Assembly: GCA_047495785.1 (NCBI GenBank)
Contig: JBLDXI010000019.1
Location: 1,736,001-1,800,000 of the forward strand
From: Lepidodermella squamata
Lineage: Eukaryota > Animalia > Gastrotricha
Direction: 5' to 3'
Length of the DNA stretch: 64,000 bases
A program made the position numbers and the translations under genes. The notes under the pieces were generated by a model. The model had not been told where the DNA came from, did not search any database, and saw only the letters and a list, made by a program, of their open reading frames with translations. This document shows, in pieces, positions 22,244-34,100 of the stretch (the stretch's first letter is position 1; the number at the start of each line of letters is the position of its first letter).

Positions 22244-24022
22244 AATTTAAATTTAAATTTCTAAAATTTAATTATTTATGATTTTTTATGTAAAAAAACA
22301 CAATTATTTTAGTAGCAAAGAAAGCGCGCGTTAGGTGTGAGAAGTGTGAATTTCAATTATGGAAAATATTTCCCGTCACGTGAATTACTACTGACAAGTA
22401 TCAAGGATCTCTCTATAGAGAAATGGCCTCGCTTTTTTCAAATATCGCTTCAAATACGCAATAACAAAAGCGTAACAATAAAGTTCGCCGATTTCTAGCT
22501 TCCGTGACTTGGAATTTATCCGATGTGCGAACTTTATTAAATATCACGCATCTCATTTCGTGGCCAAGTGTTCGTGCCAATGAAACCAGCCTAAAATCGA
22601 GGCAAAAATTGAGAAAAATGAGAAGAGGGCTTCAAGAGACGATGCCCTAGATGCGTGTCGGTGCCAATAAATATGAATATGAAAATAAATTTCCCTACTC
22701 ATGCGACCACAATAATCATTTTCATATTTATGAGAAATTAATTTTTTTTAAGTTTTAAATAAATCAGGGGACAAATTTCTTAGTTTTTGGCGGAAAAATC
22801 CAAGCTTGAAAAAACTGGCCGATTTTTAAGCCAATTATTGGAAAATTTGGCTTATCAGTGTTACGCTTTTCGAATAATGTCCGCACCTGGCATAGGTAGT
22901 GTCTCTAATGAAAACTGATGTATCAATTATTTAGCTCAACAACGAGGGTTACAGAGAAGAGCCGGCGCCGACGCTAAAATCCGATCTAATTTACCGCTTT
23001 TAAAACGTGTGCAAAGGTTAAATCACTAGAATATATTATGAATGAAAGCCCAGGGGTTCCGGCATCCGGCATGAGAGCTATAAAAAAACGCGAGAATTTC
23101 GACTCGCGACCTCTTACAGCAAAAGTACGAGGCGAGACGAGTGAGTCGAGAAAAAAGCACAGGAAATGTCTATGAACTCGAAGCCAAGGCGCTGAATATA
23201 TCGCGTCCACTTGAGCCCGGACCTTAACACGCAAATCCAACCTACGATTCCTATGATGTAATAAAGAAATCAAGCATCAATAACCTCTCGAATAATGCTG
23301 CACCTATATAGATTTTATTATCATCAGCAGTGGAAATACTTATATATTTTTTGTGCATTTTTTTAGTAAAAATTTTACACGGCGAAGCGCACCGCGAACC
23401 ACGCATTGGCTTGCCGGCTGACGGCGCGCTTTCAATTATTAACGTTGAAATGATATTTTCAGCCGTAGACAAAAGTATTCTGTGAAAAACTGCTGCATGC
23501 TATTACCGATTCGCCTGCCATGGATGATGAGTTTTTTCTCTCCATAATGGCATTGTATGACGCTGTGGCCAGTCGAGTGAGACTATCATCAGTATATTAT
23601 ATGTATTTTAGCTGTGATAAAAAGTTCGGTGATAAATTGAATCATCGAAGAAACGATGCGAGCCAAATTTGGCATTGAAAGCATCAGAAGGTCTACTTAT
23701 TGTTCGATTTTTGTCATATAAAATAGATTTTTGTTGATATACTAGAATTATCAATATTGAGACAAATGCGCAGACAGGACGGCCGTCTTTATCAATATAC
23801 TGATTCGGGGGAAAAAACCAACGCCGAAGCGAAAATTGATTATTTTTGACATTTCAGCCAAATCAAGCAGCAAAAGTTATTCAAGGTAAATAGAAATGAA
23901 AGTAGGGATCTTCTAATAAGGCGAGGAGACGAAATAACAATAGGTCACCGAACAGGTTTCCAAAACTATCAAATATTGAAATTATTTGTAAACATTTTAT
24001 AACTTGTCAGGAATTTAACGAT

Positions 24023-24466
24023 TCAGCCAAATTTGTTCGTCTGCTGAATGATTGACGTTTTTTCTGGTTCATTTCGCATGCGGTTTTCATTTTCCGAGAC
24101 GGCGGCACTAGTCGATGTCAACTTTTCGTGGGAAGACCATGACATCGCGTCCGAGTCAATAAAACTCTCGATCTCGGCTGAGTTTTTCGTTTCGGCAGCA
24201 ATTATATGTCCCTTCGTTTCGCCAATTTTATAGATCGCAATTTCGAGTTCGTTCCCGTTGAATTCTCGAAGTTTTTGACCTGACGGCCTTTTCTTCCTCT
24301 TCAGGTCACGAATGCGACAGGCTCGCGAGACAAGCGATAACCGAAGTGATATGTGATCTTCATCTTCGTTTAGGCTAAATTCAGTCTTCATCAGTTCTCG
24401 CTGGTGACTAAGTGTGGCTTTTATCCAGGCTATCAACCACGAGTATCGAACTTTAACGAGCCGCAT
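24023..24466 (-). CDS. Probable terminal exon of an unidentified or degraded gene
   Basis: 147-codon ORF preceded by an AT-rich intron-like tract with an AG acceptor near 24475. Upstream exon-like blocks at 24610-25080 do not give a clean frame. No family motif recognised. Confidence 0.3.
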   Translation of the reverse strand: MRLVKVRYSWLIAWIKATLSHQRELMKTEFSLNEDEDHISLRLSLVSRACRIRDLKRKKRPSGQKLREFNGNELEIAIYKIGETKGHIIAAETKNSAEIESFIDSDAMSWSSHEKLTSTSAAVSENENRMRNEPEKTSIIQQTNKFG

Positions 24467-25283
24467 GCTTGTTTCTAAAATTTGAAAATTAAAAATTCAA
24501 TGAAAATTGAAAATAGCGGTCCCAAAAAACTATCAAGATGGATTTAAAAAAATAGATAAGAAACCGAAAATCATCCCTAAAAAGAATTTATTAATAAATG
24601 CCACCTGAATCATTGTAAAATGGCCGAATACCAAGGCTGTTCTTGATGCGCCTTTACGTTAAATTTCCACATAGCTTCTTGTTTGTTTCTTTGAGTGAGT
24701 AACGAGTCATGATTACGCAACACAGTTGTATAGCTGATTTTTCGATATTGATTTTCTCGACAACGAAATCGATATTCTAAGTATCGATTTTGCGAATCAG
24801 TGATTTTCCGATCATCATCAGAAGTCTTCGAAGCCCACATTGAAAAAGTAAAATAATGTTTCTACACCTGAGAGCTGAACCTATAAAAAATAGCCCATCA
24901 GGGTCATGAGGAGTATCAGTAACAATGGAGATTAGAAGAGGCCGAAATCACTAAGAGCATTGCCCGGACGCTTAAATTATAGGATGGAGCCTTCTTTTCA
25001 GTGCTGATGGAAATGATATCTAATATCTGGTTTTGGAATTTTGGTTCCAATTCCTCATAAGAAATATTCTGATTTTCGTCCTGGAAATTTGGGTGTATCA
25101 GCTATAACATTTATTATCGATTCGATTCGTTTGCTATGTACCATTTCAGATTACTAAAATTATAACTGAACGAGGCTGAAAATATTTGATTTATTACTTA
25201 AGCGGAGCTGGAATGTGATCATTGGCAGCTAAAATCGAAGCATTACAAAGATTAAACTAAAGAGATTTCCGAATTATCCGTAA

Positions 25284-27020
25284 TCAGGATTGCGGTTTGG
25301 TGAGAACCTCGGCCATTTCGGCCAGGACGAACTGCAAATCCGGGTCGTCGGCGTTATCTTCATAGATGCAATCATTGAATGAGTGACCCAGTTTCGATCG
25401 AGCGCGAACATCGGCGCCTTTTTTAAGGAGCACCCCAACGGCATCGATGTGGCCAAGCGAGGCAGCTATCATCAAAGGCGTCCGGCCGTGAGAGTCGCGG
25501 ACATTCACATCGGCACCACGAGACGTGAGAAGGCTCTCCAACGCCTCGGCCTCGCCAAGCTTAGCCAAGCGAAGTACATCGCCCTAAAATTGAGGGTAAA
25601 TATTATTCAAAAATTTGAAAAATTGGGAAAATAATTACTCTTTGATCCAACTGATCCAACACCTAAAAATGGAAAAGTAAAGTGTTTTGAAAAAATAGAA
25701 AAATAATTCATCTTACGTTCTCCACAACAGCTAAATCAATTCTTTCATCGGGCACGTCTCGCAACAGATTTAGAGCCAGTTCTGTTATTTTTGGCGAATA
25801 TTTCCGAACAGCTGGAATTTCTTGAAGAGGAAGATTAGAGCTTGACAAGAAAAAGAGCTGATAATAAAAATCAATCCATGACAAATTTCTTACTTAATTA
25901 TCGATTTTTGCACCTGTTTTGGCGTCCGTCCCGGAAACTAGGTCAAAAGGTAATTTATTTAATTTTATTAAGACATTAAGGTGGAATGGGTGATTTTTAC
26001 CGGCACTCTCAGAACCAACATTTCGTAGAGAATGACGCCGATGGACCAAGCTTCGGATTTAACGGTGTACCTGTCCTCAGGTTTGCCTTTCACATGCAAG
26101 TGCCCAGCTGTTTTTGGCCGAAATAAATCGCACATGGTCTCGGGCGGCATGTAGGGTGACGAATAAAGCGGGCTCAGGCAGCAATGGAGAGGACCGGCGT
26201 TGCAGTGATTCTCAGCCTTCCAAAAGGCGCCGGCGTGTCGACTGGCATGAGATCGATTTCTAAGTGAAATTTTGAATGGAATATCGAAATTTTGAAAATT
26301 AATGAAAAATTACTGGAAGAGCTTGGGAGCACCGTAATCGCCCAGTTTTATCGAATCTTCGTCCGAGACTATGTAAATATTCTGGAAAAATATAAATAAA
26401 AAATAAAATAAAAAAATATTTATTCAATGAATAAGGGATAAGAAGGAATTTTTTGACCTTACCTTTGGCCTCAGATCCCTGTGAAGAATGTTATGCTGAT
26501 GTAAAAATTGAACTGCCTGAACAAGTTGTAGCATGTATCGAACAAGTTGCGATTGCGGGAAAGCGCCGCGAAGTTCGAAATGCTTCTGAATCTTCGAATT
26601 TAAGGTCTTCTCGAAATACTCCATTTCAAGGTACAAAAATGGACTCGATTCGACCATGGCATTGATCCGAACGAGGTTTTTATGATAAGGAATTTTAACG
26701 AGTAACTGAAGCTCTTTGAACGCGGCCAACGAATCGGCTGGTTTAGGCGAGACGGGCGATGAAATTTTGCGCATAGCAACAATTTTCGCGTCTTTTTTCC
26801 GCCTCACTCTTACGACCTCGGCACATTTTGTGCACCGGCTTTTGCCCAAAAGCTCCTCGACTGACCAGTCATAATCGTCCACAGTCATGACCCGGCGCCT
26901 TTCCAGGGTTTCTAAAAAATTGAAATTGAATTGAAATTAAATTTGAAATTTTCAAAACAGACTTTCATCGACTGTGAAATCGCTGGTGACGTCCAACCGA
27001 GGATCGGGTGCGATTTCCAT
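25284..27020 (-). CDS. NEK-like pseudokinase with C-terminal ankyrin repeats, paralog 1
   Basis: Multi-exon gene starting MEIAPDPRL. Motifs LLGKSRCTKCAEV, VAMRKI, LHRDLRPKNI, KLGDYG, YMPPE, SEAWSIGVILYEML; ankyrin GADVNVRDSHGRTPLMIAASLGH. Confidence 0.88.
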
Positions 27021-27327
27021 ATTTTCTCAACTTTTTGGTTTTGGTATTATAGCTTACACTTAAAACAGGTAAGTGAGCGGCCACATTTTTTTCTCGCCCC
27101 TCGTTTAATTTTTTACGAGCGCAATTTTTTATTGATTGTTTGATGTTTATACTACAACTTTCACCTCGCTCCATTAGCCGCACAATACGCGTTGCTAAGC
27201 AATATAGGCGCAGGTCGATAAAAAAACTATCGAAGAAATTTGGTATAAACGCGAACTACACCAAGGCCTCCAATTAGGCGTAAAAAAATTATATTATCCC
27301 ACCATTTTAACGTAGTTTTTTTAATGA
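27021..27327. promoter_or_regulatory. Putative bidirectional promoter between the two kinase-ankyrin paralogs
   Basis: 307 bp between divergent ATGs (27020 on minus, 27328 on plus). Confidence 0.7.
27191..27203. promoter_or_regulatory. RFX X-box-like motif GTTGCTAAGCAAT
   Basis: Near-palindrome, one mismatch from GTTGCTAAGCAAC. Lies ~170 and ~125 bp upstream of the two ATGs. Confidence 0.55.
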
Positions 27328-30247
27328 ATGGCTCAACACGGGATATTGTTCGAAACGGATGAAGGCAATGCGTCTTCCGATGATGGCGTGACGGTGGAAG
27401 CTGAAGAGCCGCATGTCATCGATGAAATACCGCCATTGAAGCAAACGCTCGTCATTGATAGTAAACGCGATGATTCATCACCCGCGCCTTTGACATCTCG
27501 CAGCCCGAGAAAGCATCAGGCCAAGGTGACGCCGCGACCTTGCACCGCCCCCGCGTTGGCTAATACATCGAAATTGCTGAAAAATTACGACTGGCAACGG
27601 CAGAGTTTGATTGGGTTGAACCGGTGTAGTCGATGCGTTGAAGTTGTGGCTGTGCCGCGGAAGGCTGATAAGAAAATGGTGGCGGTTAGGAAGATAACGA
27701 GCCCGATTCCGATGAAGGCCTGGCCGGCTGATGTTCACGAGGCGTATAAGGAGGTGAAAAAACTGACAGCTCTTCCGGCGCATCCTAATCTAGTCACTTT
27801 TCGAGCAATGTTTGAAGGCGATTTTCAAAGTTTGTCATTTTCAGGAATTTTTTTAAAAATTTAGAAAATTATCAATAATTTGAGGCTTGACCCTTGACCG
27901 ATATTTTTATTTAATCTAGTGGATCATAAAAATCCTCAGCCGTTTGTTGAGATGGAGATGTACCGAGATGGAAGTTTGAACGCGAAGATTCAGAAGCATT
28001 TCGAACTTCGAGGCGCTTTCACAGGTCGTCAAATAGCCTTCTACATGCAGCAATTAGCCTCTGCCGTAGCATTCCTCCATGCTAACGGAGTCCTGCACCG
28101 AGATATAAGGCCCAAGGTGATCCAGGAATTATATTTATTTCATTTTTTCTCACCTTTTTGTCTATTTTAAGAATATTTTCATTTTACCTGACGATGCGCT
28201 GAAACTTGCAGACGTGGCTTGTCCCAAAGTTTACCAGTGAGTTTGTCCTCTCTAACTTTTAACCAAATATTTCTAAAAAATTACAATTGGTCTAAGTCTA
28301 GAGTCTAGAATTTCTAAATCGATTTGTGTTTGCAAAAATTGAAAATTTATAAAATTATATTCTTGGCTTCTTTTTCAATTTATCAGTTTCTACAAATAAA
28401 AATCAATTTTTTAATAATAAGTTATTTTGCAGCAAAATTCGATGTGAGTAATGATTTTGAGTCCTCATTGATTTGATCATTGCCATATCATTGCATATCA
28501 TAATTTTCAAAATTATTTGAAATTTTTGAAATTTTAAAATTCATTTATTGTTATTAAATAGAAATCGATCTCATGCAAGTCGATTCACGGCTGCTTTTTG
28601 GCTCGCTCGGCGTCGGAACGAAAAGAAAGCGAACCACTGCTGCCTGAGTTCACCTGGCTCGTGGCCTTACAGCCCGCCAGAAATCATGTGCGAATTCCAG
28701 AAGCGAGCCGCCGAAGACATTCACCAATGCGACAACAAGTTGTACACTGGCGCTTCTGACGTTTGGTCGATGGGCGTTACGCTCTATGAAATGCTTGTCC
28801 TAAAACTACCGGTAACAAAAACATCGATACATTTTGTTAATTGGTGATTTTCCAAGTGGCCAACCAAATTTAAGGTTCCCGAACAAAATTTTAGGCTCCA
28901 GAGCTAGATATTCCCAAAATACCTATAGTTTGCAGTTTCAATTTCTGTTCAAAATTTGAATTATCTTTTCCTTCGATTTTACAAATATCCCTGATTTTTC
29001 CGATATTAGAAGTCTTGAAAGCCAACAGTGAACATATTTCTACCCTGCTGATGATACCATATTAGCTACAACAACAAAATCCCAGGATCCTTTTGGGCAT
29101 TAGCGATATCGCAAAGAATTTGGGAATTTGTATGCCAGGGCCAGAGATGAGAATGGGTCAAAAAAATCGACCCAGGACCCGAGGAGACCCATGCCGGGAG
29201 GACCCAGGACCCAACTTTTAAAGCCCAAGTGACCCATAAATCTAAATTTCGTAATTTTGAAGCGGATGACTCATGACGTTGTTTTTATGCATATCACGCT
29301 TTATTCTCATCGGCAATCGTCAAAAAGTGCGAAAATTCACTTTTACATGTCTTCTAGCTCAGAAAGCACAGACTAAATCAAAAATGGACACTTTTCATGG
29401 CTTGAAACAGCAAAACTTGCGCCTGCACAATTTCGGGCTCTGTCAGGCGTGGGTGATTGAAAGTGACCCAGGACCCACGGCAATTTGTGGGATAAGGTGA
29501 CCCAAATGACCTGTCGACCCATTTAACCCGACCCATTCTCATCTCTGGCCAGGGCGCTCTAGAGCTGGAACCTCAATTTTAATGGCGCAAATATTCCGAC
29601 TCAAATCAAACTTAATATTCAATTTCTCCCCTTATAGTTTGCGGGAAGAATTCCCAAACAAATACAAAAATCGATTGCCGAGTAAGTTTTACGCCTTAAA
29701 AACGGAGAAAATCATAAGATTTCAAAAATAGTGCCGCTCCGCTCGCTCAGCTCTATGTTCCGGCTGTTAGGACCTACTCTGCTGAAATCATCAGTCTAGT
29801 CAATCGAATGCTATGCAAAGAACCGTCAGAGCGAATCAAACCTAGCGAATTGGAACAGGTTCGAACGAAGTCCAAAACAATCGTATTAAATTTTCTGTTT
29901 TTCCTCAATATTCATAGACTTTGAAGAAGCAAGTTCAGAAAATGGATTTGCTGCAAGCTTCAAGTGACGGCAGCTTGGATCGAATCAAAGAGCTGGTGAA
30001 ACAAGGCGCCGATATCAACGACCAAGATGTAAATGGCTACACGGCTTTGATGCGAGCTGCCGAAGCTGGACATGCTAATATCGTGCAATTTCTTATTCAA
30101 AAGCGAGCCGATCTACAGGCGAAAACTCGCAGCGGCGGTACGGCTGTTGATTGGGCGAAAAATGACAAAATCAAAGACTTGATAACATCGGCTGCTTCGG
30201 GCCAGAACCAGGCTTATTCTGTTAATCCACGAATGCGAAATTACTAA
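27328..30247 (+). CDS. NEK-like pseudokinase with C-terminal ankyrin repeats, paralog 2
   Basis: Multi-exon. Motifs LIGLNRCSRCVEV, VAVRKI, LHRDIRPKNI, KLADVA, YSPPE, SDVWSMGVTLYEML; ankyrin GADINDQDVNGYTALMRAAEAGH. Shares several intron positions with paralog 1. Confidence 0.88.
29142..29547. mobile_element. Complete hAT-type MITE (406 bp) in a kinase intron
   Basis: TIR CAGAGATGAGAATGGGTC / GACCCATTCTCATCTCTG, perfect 8-bp TSD GCCAGGGC, repeated GACCC subterminal motifs. Confidence 0.93.
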
Positions 30248-31162
30248 CTAGAATTTACTAATTTATCGATTCTGAACATGCAGCAACTCCGAAAAGTGAT
30301 GCCAGTTCGGTTGAATTGAATATTAAATCCGTGAATTGATAAAAATTTGCGACATATTAATATTTGTGAAATTCCGTACAAATTCCGTTCAATTATAACG
30401 TCTTATAATAATATCTTGACTGGAATTGATGACATTTTTTTAATGTTTCCTTCACTCAACTTGAAACTTTGCAGCTTCTAACTAAAAACTAAATTTGAAC
30501 GACTTACTATATAGCGATATGTCTTAAAACTCAGTTTAAAAGCTCAAACACAGCGCGCAGCCAAAAATATATTGGTGATTGGTGTAACCTTGGATGTAGC
30601 GTGCTGACGACCAAATGGCCGTTACGCAAGGCTTTATTTTGCGTTGAAAGACTTGGCATATTGGCGAGATAGAAAGGCCCGAGGCCCCAGCGCCTTCTGA
30701 CGCGCCTTCCGACGCGCGAAAAGTCAACTAGGTCATTAAAATTTAATTATGACCTGCCCGACCAGAATTACAGAACCGCTTTCTCCCTTTTTTCTCTACA
30801 CTGGAAAAGCTGGAGAAAACATTCCTGTCTCATTTAGATACTACGGCACGAACGAAATTGTTTTGCAAGGCAGCGTTATTGTAAAAGGGCCTCAAGTTGT
30901 TTCCTTACCTTGGCCCCTAACACCTCGCACACTCGGCATTATTGAGTGATGGAAGCCGCCATACCATTTTCTGTTCAAATTTTTTACACTAGTGGCTGCC
31001 GCTCCTTCGTTATAGGTTGTATAGGTGTGAAAGTTGGTGACGTTCGAAGCTTCGAGCCATGGTGCCATCATGAAGTTTTAATAGCCTCTGAAGCTAAAAA
31101 TAGACGAGCCACTTGGGAAGATGGGTGAAGGGGGGCATTCTTTTTATACTGAAAAGAAAGAC

Positions 31163-34100
31163 ATGGCTCAAATAATTCTTCTGACAGCGCTGCTGTGCAT
31201 CGCACCCGTCACTGTTGAATCGGGGACCTTTTTCAAGCGCATCTCAGGAGTCAAAATGACGCCTGCAGCTGGCAGTGGCCTTTCGAATCTGAACAGCTTC
31301 ACAATTCCGGGAATCACCACAGCAAGGGAAGAATCGATATGCGCTTCCTTATGCGGCGCCGATCTGCGTTGCGAAGCGGTTCAATTTCAAAAAAGCAACA
31401 AAGCATGCACCTTACTAACAACATCCCCAGATGGCTCATCGATGATTCAAGCTACTAACGATGCAGATTTCACGACATTTTCTTTGAATTGGCAGAGCGC
31501 CGTCGCTAAGACCAGCCAATGCACATCTAATTCTAAAAACTGTACATCCGCTTGGTATTTTGAAGCAATTAACCGCTTGGCTAATCAGGCCGTTTGCGAC
31601 AACCCGAATTTCCCGATCGAAACTCTCGAATACGATACGAGCTACGTTACAGATATAGCATACACGTCAAGTTCAGTGACGACTAATTCGGTGATCGGGT
31701 TGCCGCTCGACGCTCCAGCTTTCGTCCGGATAACTGCTGGCCATCTATCCCGCGCTTGTCTAGCCTCGAATGCCGCCGCAGGGAGTTGGTTCAGGGTCGA
31801 CCTCCAGCGATACGTTTGGCTGATGCAGTTCTGGTACCAATGCATGGACACCTCTTGCCTACCGCAGTTTTCGATGGAATCAAGCTTTGACGATGTCTAC
31901 TACAGACCGATAACTGCTGGCAATGGCCAGCCACAGTTGATAAATGGTCAACCCAGTGCGACTGTTACCTATCGCCGCTTTCTACCGGTTCTCCTGCGTT
32001 ACATCAGAGTAACCTCACAAGTAGCAAATGGCACTCTGTACTGCGCGAATTTCCGATTCGATGGTTGCCCTGCAAACTGCATGGAGGCTCTTGGAATCGA
32101 AAGTGGGGAAATTTCTGCGAACCAAGTCAACGCAACTGGAACTCCTCTTGCCACCTCCTTCTTTTTTCGCTTGAATTGGGGCCGGGCTGGTACTAACAAT
32201 CCATCCAACTTGATTGTTAATCTCGGCAGGCAGTTTATCGTCAATGCTCTGGAGGTTCAAGGTTGCAACAACATGACAGCCTGGGTTACGTCATTTTCGG
32301 TACAATACAAATCAAGGGATGTTGACGCATGGATTGACTTGACTGATACTCTTGGATCACTGGTTTTCCCAGGAAACACGAATCCAACAACAGTGGTCAC
32401 CATCAAGTTTCCTAAATCTGTCACCGGGCAGTTTTTCAACATAATACCAAAGGGGTTCTCCAGCGCTGTCTGTTATCGTGTCGAGCTTTTGGGCTGCAAA
32501 AGTGAGTGCAACTTTTTAGCTAATACGCTGATTTTAATTGTATTCCTCTTATAGCAATCCCGAACTACATGAGAAACCTAGCTTTGAATGCAACGGTGAT
32601 GACCCCTGCTTTCGATGCAACCCCGATGTCAAAACTATCCGATCCATCCAACCTTACCAAATTGAGATCAGTCAGAAGGCAGCATATACAGAACTGCACC
32701 CGCATAATGCCGAGTGCTCCCGGAGATCGACCATTTGTTACGCTTGACCTTGGAATCAGCACAACGGTAACATCGGTCGACTTAGTGACACCTGGAATAC
32801 CACCTCTCTTCACCCTGAATCCAAGTGGGATATGGCTGTTCGACTACTTGCGTGGGGGCGATGATTTATCGGAGAATGGCAATCACGCGATTATTTCACC
32901 TCAGTTAACCTACGGACCTGGGGTAGATGGCAGGCCATTAGGATCCCTTCAGTGGAGTGGAGCCGAGCGATACGTATTGATCAGGACAACTAATATAAAT
33001 GTAACGGATACGAGAAATGGTTGGACCTATGCGATGTGGGTTTATTATTCGACCTCATCGTCCAACGTATTCTTGATGCGCAACATGGCGAAAAATTCGT
33101 AAATTTAGATATCTAAACAATTTTGCCCTAATTTAACAAAATTATTTTTCATTGATGAAGCACTTGGAGGCTGAATATCAAGATTGCAGCTAACAGAGCA
33201 CTCACGGTTGACTACACGAGCAGTTCTAACACATCGTGGCAATGGCCGAGCAACACTGTGCAAGTGCCTCAAAATCGCTGGTTCTTCTTCGCGTTGACGG
33301 TTGATTGCGCGAGCGGGATCTCACGCATTTTCATCGACAACTATGACCGTGCCATCGCTCATGTCGGATGCGCTGCAGATGCTTTCCAGGTCTCACAGTA
33401 CTTCATGATTCACGGACCTTGGACTGGCAGGATCGCGTGCGTGCAGTTCTACCAAAGAGGTCTTGATCATTCCGAGATCGAACAGGCTAGCCTTTGTCCT
33501 TGGATGAGTATTTAAATGAATGATATTGCTGCACATTCTGTTTAATTTATAATTAATTCCCAGCCCCGGCTCCTGTTGCTTTATTCCCACTGGCTTGCTC
33601 GCTCAATGATGTGATGGGGCTTGGGTTGGCCCTTAATGCGAACGGCAATCCCCAATGTTCGAAAATGTTTGGATTTACTTCAACGTATGTCTACGAATTT
33701 CAATAAAACACTTGATTTATTAATTATCGATCAAAGGGCTTGGAATTTACCGACGGCTTCAGATTTTTTGGACATTCCGATTACAACTGCTCCGGGGAGT
33801 GCAATGAATCTAAACTCCTCGTTCACCGTCTTGCTCCACATAATGACATCAAACACAACTAACAACATGTTCCTGGGGTGGTTTTACGGTACGAACAACG
33901 CTTCAGTATATCTACAAATTGCGAGCGGATACTTGATTGGCGGGATCCGCTGCTCGAATGGCACTACTGCGGGCACCCCCATGACCAAAAAACCAATGCC
34001 GGGTTCGTGGGCTTATGTTGGCTTTGCGTATCACCCTATGAGCGATCCACCGTTTCGCGTATATCTTGATGGCGAAATGATTTCGTCAATTGCCTCGACG

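Noticed and set aside
31121-31162. 14-aa N-terminal extension of lectin copy 1
   Set aside because: ATG 31163 gives a signal peptide aligned with the starts of copies 2 and 3.
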